DNA from: Eledone cirrhosa
Lineage: Eukaryota
Assembly: GCA_964016885.1 (NCBI GenBank)
Contig: OZ024741.1
Span: forward strand, 340,008,001 to 340,072,000
Length of the DNA: 64,000 nt
Direction: 5' to 3'
Program-made: the position numbers and the translations under genes
The notes under the pieces: generated by a model
Told to the model about the DNA's origin: nothing
The model's input: only the letters and a program-made list of their open reading frames with translations
Databases searched by the model: none
Part shown: piece after piece, positions 56,340 through 64,000 of the stretch
Position numbering within the stretch: the first letter of the stretch is position 1
How the letters are laid out: every line of letters begins with the position of its first letter

Positions 56340-59300
56340 TAGTGGTAGTGTCAGTAGTTGGTGTAGTGGTTGTTGTAGTTGTAGTGGTAGTGTCAGTAGT
56401 TGATGTAGTGGTTGTTGTAGTTGTAGTGGTACTGTCAGTAGTTGATGTAGTGGTTGTTGTAGTTGTAGTGGTAGTGTTAGTAGTTGATGTAGTGGTTGTT
56501 GTAGTTGTAGTGGTAGCGTCAGTAGTTGATGTAGTGGTTGTTGTACTTGTAGTGGTACTGTCAGTAGTTGATGTAGTGGTTGTTGTAGTTGTAGTGGTAG
56601 TGTCAGTAGTTGATGTAGTGGTTGTTGTAGTTGTAGTGGTAGTGTCAGTAGTTGATGTAGTGGTTGTTGTAGTTGTAGTGGTGGTGTCAGTAGTTGATGT
56701 AGTGGTTGTTGTAGTTGTAGTGGTAGTGTCAGTAGTTGATGTACGGTTGTTGTAGTTGTAGTGGTAGTGTCAGTAGTTGATGTAGTTGTTGTTGTAGTTG
56801 TAATGGTAGTGTCAGTAGTTGATGTAGTGGTTGTTGTAGCTGTAGTGGTAGTGTCAGTAGTTGATGTAGTGGTTGTTGTAGTTGTAGTGGTAGTGTCAGT
56901 AGTTGATGTAATGGTTGTTGTACTTGTAGTGGTAGTGTCAGTAGTTGATGTAGTGGTTCTTGTAGTTGTAGTGGTAGTGTCAGAAGTTGATGTAGTGGTT
57001 GTTGTAGTTGTAGTGGTAGTGTCAGAAGTTGATGTAGTGGTTGTTGTAGTTGTAGTTGTAGTGTCAGAAGTTGATGTAGTGGTTGTTGTAGTTATAGTGG
57101 TAGTGTCAGTAGTTGATGTAGTGGTTGTTGTAGTTGTAGTGGTAGTGTCAGAAGTTGATGTAGTGGTTGTTGTAGTTGTAGTGGTAGTGTCAGAAGTTGA
57201 TGTAGTGGTTGTTGTAGTTGTAGTGGTAGTGTCAGAAGTTGATGTAGTGGTTGTTGTAGTTGTAGTGGTAGTGTCAGAAGTTGATGTAGTGGTTGTTGTA
57301 GTTGTAGTGGTAGTGTCAGAAGTTGATGTAGTGGTTGTTGTAGTTGTAGTTGTAGTGTCAGAAGTTGATGTAGTGGTTGTTGTAGTTGTAGTTGTAGTGT
57401 CAGAAGTTGATGTAGTGGTTGTTGTAGTTGTAGTTGTAGTGTCAGAAGTTGATGTAGTGGTTGTTGTAGTTGTAGTTGTAGTGTCAGAAGTTGATGTAGT
57501 GCTTGTTGTAGTTGTAGTGCTAGTGTCAGTAGTTGATGTAATGGTTGTTGTAGTTGTAATGGTAGTGTCAGTAGTTGATGTAGTGGTTGTTGTAGTTGTA
57601 GTGGTAGTGTCAGAAGTTGATGTAGTGGTTGTTGTAGTTGTAGTTGTAGTGTCAGAAGTTGATGTAGTGGTTGTTGTAGTTGTAATGGTAGTCTCAGTAG
57701 TTGATATAGTGGTTGTTGTAGTTGTAGTGGTAGTGTCAGTAGTTGATGTAGTGGTTGTTGTAGTTGTAGTGGTAGTGTCAGAAGTTGATGTAGTGGTTGT
57801 TGTAGTTGTAGTGGTAGTGTCAGTAGTTGATGTAGGGTTGTTGTAGTTGTAGTGGTAGTGTCAGTAGTTGATGTAGTGGTTGTTGTAGTTGTAGTGGTAG
57901 TGTCAGTAGTTGATGTAGTGGTTGTTGTAGTGGTAGTGTCAGTAGTTGATGTAGTGGTTGTTGTAGTTGTAGTGGTAGTGTCAGTAGTTGATGTAGTGGT
58001 TGTTGTAGTTGTAGTGGTAGTGTCAGTAGTTGATGTAGTGGTTGTTGTAGTTGTAGTGGTAGTGTCAGAAGTTGATGTAGTGGTTGTTGTAGTTGTAGTG
58101 GTAGTGTCAGAAGTTGATGTAGTGGTTGTTGTAGTTGTAGTGGTAGTGTCAGTAGTTGATGTAGTGGTTGTTGTAGTGGTAGTGTCAGTAGTTGATGTAG
58201 TGGTTGTTGTAGTTGTAGTGGTAGTGTCAGAAGTTGGTGTAGTGGTTGTTGTAGTTGTAGTGGTAGTGTCAGAAGTTGATGTAGTGGTTGTTGTAGTTGT
58301 AGTGGTAGTGTCAGTAGTTGATGTAGTGGTTGTTGTAGTGGTAGTGTCAGAAGTTGATGTAGTGGTTGTTGTAGTTGTAGTGGTAATGTCAGTAGTTGAT
58401 GTAGTGGTTGTTGTAGTTGTAGTGGTAGTGTCAGAACTTGATGTAGTGGTTGTTGTAGTTGTAGTGCTAGTGTCAGTAGTTGATGTAGTGGTTGTTGTAG
58501 TTGTAGTGGTAGTGTCAGTAGTTGATGTAGTGGTTGTTGTAGTTGTAGTGGTAGTGTCAGTAGTTGATGTAGTGGTTGTTGTAGTTGTAGTGGTAGTGTC
58601 AGTAGTTGATGTAGTGGTTGTTGTAGTTGTAGTGGTAGTGTCAGTAGTTGGTGTAGTGGTTGTTGTAGTTGTAGTGGTAGTGTCAGTAGTTGATGTAGTG
58701 GTTGTTGTAGTGGTAGTGTCAGTAGTTGATGTAGTGGTTGTTGTAGTTGTAGTGGTAGTGTCAGTAGTTGATGTAGTGGTTGTTGTAGTGGTAGTGTCAG
58801 TAGTTGATGTAGTGGTTGTTGTAGTTGTAGTGGTAGTGTCAGTAGTTGGTGTAGTGGTTGTTGTAGTTGTAGTGGTAGTGTCAGAAGTTGATGTAGTGGT
58901 TGTTGTAGTTGTAGTGGTAGTGTCAGTAGTTGATGTAGTGGTTGTTGTAGTGGTAGTGTCAGTAGTTGATGTAGTGGTTGTTGTAGTTGTAGTGGTAGTG
59001 TCAGTAGTTGATGTAGTGGTTGTTGTAGTTGTAGTGGTAGTGTCAGTAGTTGATGTAGTGGTTGTTGTAGTGGTAGTGTCAGTAGTTGATGTAGTGGTTG
59101 TTGTAGTGGTAGTGTCAGTAGTTGATGTAGTGGTTGTTGTAGTTGTAGTGGTAGTGTCAGTAGTTGATGTAGTGGTTGTTGTAGTTGTAGTGGTAGTGTC
59201 AGTAGTTGATGTAGTGGTTGTTGTAGTTGTAGTGGTAGTGTCAGTAGTTGATGTAGTGGTTGTTGTAGTGGTAGTGTCAGTAGTTGATGTAGTGGTTGTT

Positions 59301-62300
59301 GTAGTTGTAGTGGTAGTGTCAGAAGTTGGTGTAGTGGTTGTTGTAGTTGTAGTGGTAGTGTCAGAAGTTGATGTAGTGGTTGTTGTAGTTGTAGTGGTAG
59401 TGTCAGTAGTTGATGTAGTGGTTGTTGTAGTTGTAGTGGTAGTGTCAGTAGTTGATGTAGTGGTTGTTGTAGTTGTAGTGGTAGTGTCAGTAGTTGATGT
59501 AGTGGTTGTTGTTGTTGTAGTGGTAGTGTCAGAAGTTGATGTAGTGGTTGTTGTAGTTGTAGTGGTAGTGTCAGTAGTTGATGTAGTGGTTGTTGTAGTT
59601 GTAGTGGTAATGTCAGTAGTTGATGTAGTGGTTGTTGTAGTTGTAGTGGTAGTGTCAGAACTTGATGTAGTGGTTGTTGTAGTTGTAGTGCTAGTGTCAG
59701 TAGTTGATGTAGTGGTTGTTGTAGTTGTAGTGGTAGTGTCAGTAGTTGATGTAGTGGTTGTTGTAGTTGTAGTGGTAGTGTCAGTAGTTGATGTAGTGGT
59801 TGTTGTAGTTGTAGTGGTAGTGTCAGTAGTTGATGTAGTGGTTGTTGTAGTTATAGTGGTAGTGTCAGTAGTTGATGTAGTGGTTGTTGTACTTGTAGTG
59901 GTAGTGTCAGTAGTTGATGTAGTGGTTGTTGTAGTTGTAGTGGTAGTCTCAGAAGTTGATGTAGTGGTTGTTGTAGTTGTAGTTGTAGTGTCAGAAGTTG
60001 ATGTAGTGGTAGTTGTAGTTGTAGTGGTAGTGTCAGTAGTTGATGTAGGGTTGTTGTAGTTGTAGTGGTGGTGTCAGTAGTTGATGTAGTGGTTGTTGTA
60101 GTTGTAGTGGTAGTGTCAGAAGTTGATGTAGTGGTTGTTGTAGTTGTTGTGGTAGTGTCAGTAGTTGATGTAGTGGTTGTTGTAGTTGTAGTGGTAGTGT
60201 CAGTAGTTGATGTAGTGGTTGTTGTAGTTGTAGTGGTAGTGTCAGAAGTTGATGTAGTGGTTGTTGTAGTTGTAGTGGTAGTGTCAGTAGTTGGTGTAGT
60301 GGTTGTTGTAGTTGTAGTGGTAGTGTCAGTAGTTGGTGTAGTGGTTGTTGTAGTTGTAGTGGTAGTGTCAGTAGTTGATGTAGTGGTTGTTGTAGTTGTA
60401 GTGGTAGTGTCAGTAGTTGGTGTAGTGGTTGTTGTAGTTGTAGTGGTAGTGTCAGTAGTTGGTGTAGTGGTTGTTGTAGTTGTAGTGGTAGTGTCAGTAG
60501 TTGATGTAGTGGTTGTTGTAGTTGTAGTGGTAGTGTCAGTAGTTCATGTAGTGGTTGTTGTAGTTGTAGTGGTAGTGTCAGTAGTTGATGTAGTGGTTGT
60601 TGTAGTTGTAGTGGTAGTGTCAGTAGTTGATGTAGTGGTTGTTGTAGTTGTAGTGGTAGTGTCAGTAGTTCATGTAGTGGTTGTTGTAGTTGTAGTGGTG
60701 GTGTCAGTAGTTGATGTAGTGGTTGTTGTAGTTGTAGTGGTAGTGTCAGTAGTTGATGTAGTGGTTGTTGTACTTGTAGTGGTAGTGTCAGTAATTGATG
60801 TATTGGTTGTTGTACTTGTAGTGGTAGTGTCAGAAGATGATGTAGTGGTTGTTGTAGTTGTAGTGGTAGTGTCAGTAGTTGATGTAGTGGTTGTTGTACT
60901 TGTAGTGGTAGTGTCAGTAGTTGATGTAGTGGTTGTTGTAGTTGTAGTGGTAGTGTCAGTAGTTGTAGTGGTTGTTGTAGTTGTAGTGGTAGTGTCAGTA
61001 GTTGATGTAGTGGTTGTTGTAGTTGTAGTGGTAGTGTCAGTAGTTTTTGTAGTGGTTGTTGTACATGTAGTGGTAGTGTCAGTAGTTGATGTAGTGGTTG
61101 TTGTAGTTGTAGTGGTAGTGTAAGAAGTTGATGTAGTGGTTGTTGTAGTTGTAGTGATAGTGTCAGTAGTTGATGTAGTGGTTGTTGTAGTTGTAGTGGT
61201 AGTGTCAGTAGTTGATGTAGTGGTTGCTGTAGTTGTAGTGGTAGTGTCAGTAGTTGATGTAGTGGTTGTTGTAGTTGTAGTGGTAGTGTCAGAAGTTGAT
61301 GTAGTGGTTGTTGTAGTTGTAGTGGTAGTGTCAGAAGTTGATGTAGTGGTTGTTGTAGTTGTAGTGGTAGTGTCAGAAGTTGATGTAGTAGTTGTTGTAG
61401 TTGTAGTGGTAGTGTCAGAAGTTGTTGTAGTTGTAGTGGTAGTGTCAGAAGTTGATGTAGTGGTTGTTGTAGTTGTAGTGGTAGTGTCAGTAGTTGATGT
61501 AGTGGTTGTTGTAGTTGTAGTGGTAGTGTCAGTAGTTGATGTAGTGGTTGTTGTACTTGTAGTGGTAGTGTCAGTAGTTGATGTAGTGATTGTTGTAGTT
61601 GTAGTGGTAGTGTCAGTAGTTGATGTAGTGGTTGTTGTAGTTGTAGTGGTAGTGTCAGTAGTTGATGTAGTGGTTGTTGTAGTTGTAGTGGTAGTGTCAG
61701 TAGTTGATGTAGTTGTTGTTGTAGTTGTAATGGTAGTGCCAGAGGTTGATGTAGTGGTTGTTGTAGTTGTAGTGGTAGTGTCAGTAGTTGATGTAGTGGT
61801 TGTTGTAGTTGTAATGGTAGTGTCAGTAGTTGATGTAGTGGTTGTTGTAGTTGTAGTGGTAGTGTCAGTAGTTGATGTAGTGGTTGTTGTAGTTGTAGTG
61901 GTAGTGTCAGTAGTTGATGTAGTGGTTGTTGTAGTTGTAGTGGTAGTGTCAGTAGTTGATGTAGTTGTTGTTGTAGTTGTAGTGGTAGTGTCAGTAATTG
62001 ATGTAGTGGTTGTTGTAGTTGTAGTGGTAGTGTCAGAAGTTGATGTAGTGGTTGTTGTAGTTGTAGTGGTAGTGTCAGAAGTTGATGTAGTGGTTGTTGT
62101 AGTTGTAGTGGTAGTGTCAGTAGTTGATGTAGTGGTTGTTGTAGTTGTAGTGGTAGTGTCAGTAGTTGATGTAGTGGTTGTTGTAGTTGTAGTGGTAGTG
62201 TCAGAAGTTGATGTAGTGGTTGTTGTAGTTGTAGTGTTAGTGTCAGTAGTTGATGTAGTGGTTGTTGTAGTTGTAGTGGTAGTGTCAGTAGTTGATGTAG

Positions 62301-64000
62301 TGGTTGTTGTAGTTGTTGTGGTAGTGTCAGTAGTTGATGTAGTGGTTGTTGTAGTTGTAGTGGTAGTGTCAGTAGTTGATGTAGTGGTTGTTGTAGTTGT
62401 TGTGGTAGTGTCAGTAGTTGATGTAGTGGTTGTTGTAGTTGTAGTGGTAGTGTCAGTAGTTGATGTAGTGGTTGTTGTAGTTGTAGTGGTAGTGTCAGTA
62501 GTTGATGTAGTGGTTGTTGTAGTTGTAGTGGTAGTGTCAGTAATTGATGTAGTGGTTGTTGTAGTTATAGTGGTAGTGTCAGTAGTTGATGTAGTGGTTG
62601 TTGTAGTTGTAGTGGTAGTGTCAGAAGTTGATGTAGTGGTTGTTGTAGTTGTAGTGGTAGTGTCAGAAGTTGATGTAGTGGTTGTTGTAGTTGTAGTGGT
62701 AGTGTCAGTAGTTGATGTAGTGGTTGTTGTAGTTGTAGTGGTAGTGTCAGTAGTTGATGTAGTGGTTGTTGTAGTTATAGTGGTAGTGTCAGAAGTTGAT
62801 GTAGTGGTTGTTGTAGTTGTAGTGCTAGTGTCAGTAGTTGATGTAGTGGTTGTTGTAGTTGTAGTGGTAGTGTCAGAAGTTGATGTAGTGGTTGTTGTAG
62901 TTGTAGTGGTAGTGTCAGTAGTTGATGTAGTGGTTGTTGTAGTTGTAGTGGTAGTGTCAGTAGTTGATGTAGTGGTTGTTGTAGTTGTAGTGGTAGTGTC
63001 AGTAGTTGATGTAGTGGTTGTTGTAGTTGTAGTGGTAGTGTCAGAAGTTGATGTAGTGGTTGTTGTAGTTGTAGTGGTAGTGTCAGTAGTTGATGTAGTG
63101 GTTGTTGTAGTTATAGTGGTAGTGTCAGAAGTTGATGTAGTGGTTGTTGTAGTTGTAGTGCTAGTGTCAGTAGTTGATGTAGTGGTTGTTGTAGTTGTAG
63201 TGGTAGTGTCAGAAGTTGATGTAGTGGTTGTTGTAGTTGTAGTGGTAGTGTCAGAAGTTGATGTAGTGGTTGTTGTAGTTGTAGTGGTAGTGTCAGTAGT
63301 TGATGTAGTGGTTATTGTAGTTGTAGTGGTAGTGTCAGTAGTTGATGTAGTGGTTGTTGTAGTTGTAGTGGTAGTGTCAGTAATTGATGTAGTGGTTGTT
63401 GTAGTTGTAGTGGTAGTGTCAGAAGTTGATGTAGTGGTTGTTGTAGTTGTAGTGGTAGTGTCAGAAGTTGATGTAGTGGTTGTTGTAGTTGTAGTGGTAG
63501 TGTCAGCAGTTGATGTAGTGGTTGTTGTAGTTGTAGTGGTAGTGTCAGTAGTTGATGTAGTGGTTGTTGTAGTTGTAGTGGTAGTGGCAGTAGTTGATGT
63601 AGTGGTTGTTGTAGTTGTAGTGGTAGTGTCAGTAGTTGATGTAGTTGTTGTTGTAGTTGTAGTGGTAGTGTCAGTAATTGATGTAGTGGTTGTTGTAGTT
63701 GTAGTGGTAGTGTCAGAAGTTGATGTAGTGGTTGTTGTAGTTGTAGTGGTAGTGTCAGAAGTTGATGTAGTGGTTGTTGTAGTTGTAGTGGTAGTGTCAG
63801 TAGTTGATGTAGTGGTTGTTGTAGTTGTAGTGGTAGTGTCAGTAGTTGATGTAGTGGTTGTTGTAGTTGTAGTGGTAGTGTCAGAAGTTGATGTAGTGGT
63901 TGTTGTAGTTGTAGTGTTAGTGTCAGTAGTTGATGTAGTGGTTGTTGTAGTTGTAGTGGTAGTGTCAGTAGTTGATGTAGTGGTTGTTGTAGTTGTTGTG
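56340..64000. repeat. 42-bp minisatellite GTAGTGTCAGTAGTTGATGTAGTGGTTGTTGTAGTTGTAGTG (36-bp variants)
   Basis: About 180 tandem units (estimated from length), running off the window end. Confidence 0.97.

Noticed and set aside
56270-61123. Long poly-Val ORFs up to 735 aa
   Set aside because: They are stop-free frames of the 42-bp minisatellite with implausible composition, broken by frameshifts.

Overview
AT-rich, microsatellite-saturated animal DNA. The SINE families and repeat landscape suggest a cephalopod such as Octopus (inference). No host protein-coding exon is supportable; the ORF-track entries come from microsatellites, minisatellites or decayed transposons. The window is bracketed by a 19/22-bp minisatellite (1-5170) and a 42-bp minisatellite (56340-64000). 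Between them are a near full-length decayed R4/Dong-like LINE (42134-45820, minus), three decayed Penelope-like elements (PLEs), CRE/RTE/Tx1 fragments, a mariner MITE and about 18 copies of a tRNA-headed SINE. The main result from reading the DNA by eye is a dense set of type-I hammerhead ribozyme (HHR) motifs in small, mostly non-coding elements beside (TA)n and other microsatellite tracts. Five have intact cores and stems and five are degenerate. They include a 506-nt retrozyme-like unit whose insertion starts exactly at its own predicted cleavage site, and a six-copy family whose terminal hairpin is a half-hammerhead folded back on itself. One PLE has an in-frame TGA at a CxxC cysteine position, a possible Naiad-type selenocysteine. 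All structures were paired by hand and none is computationally or experimentally confirmed.
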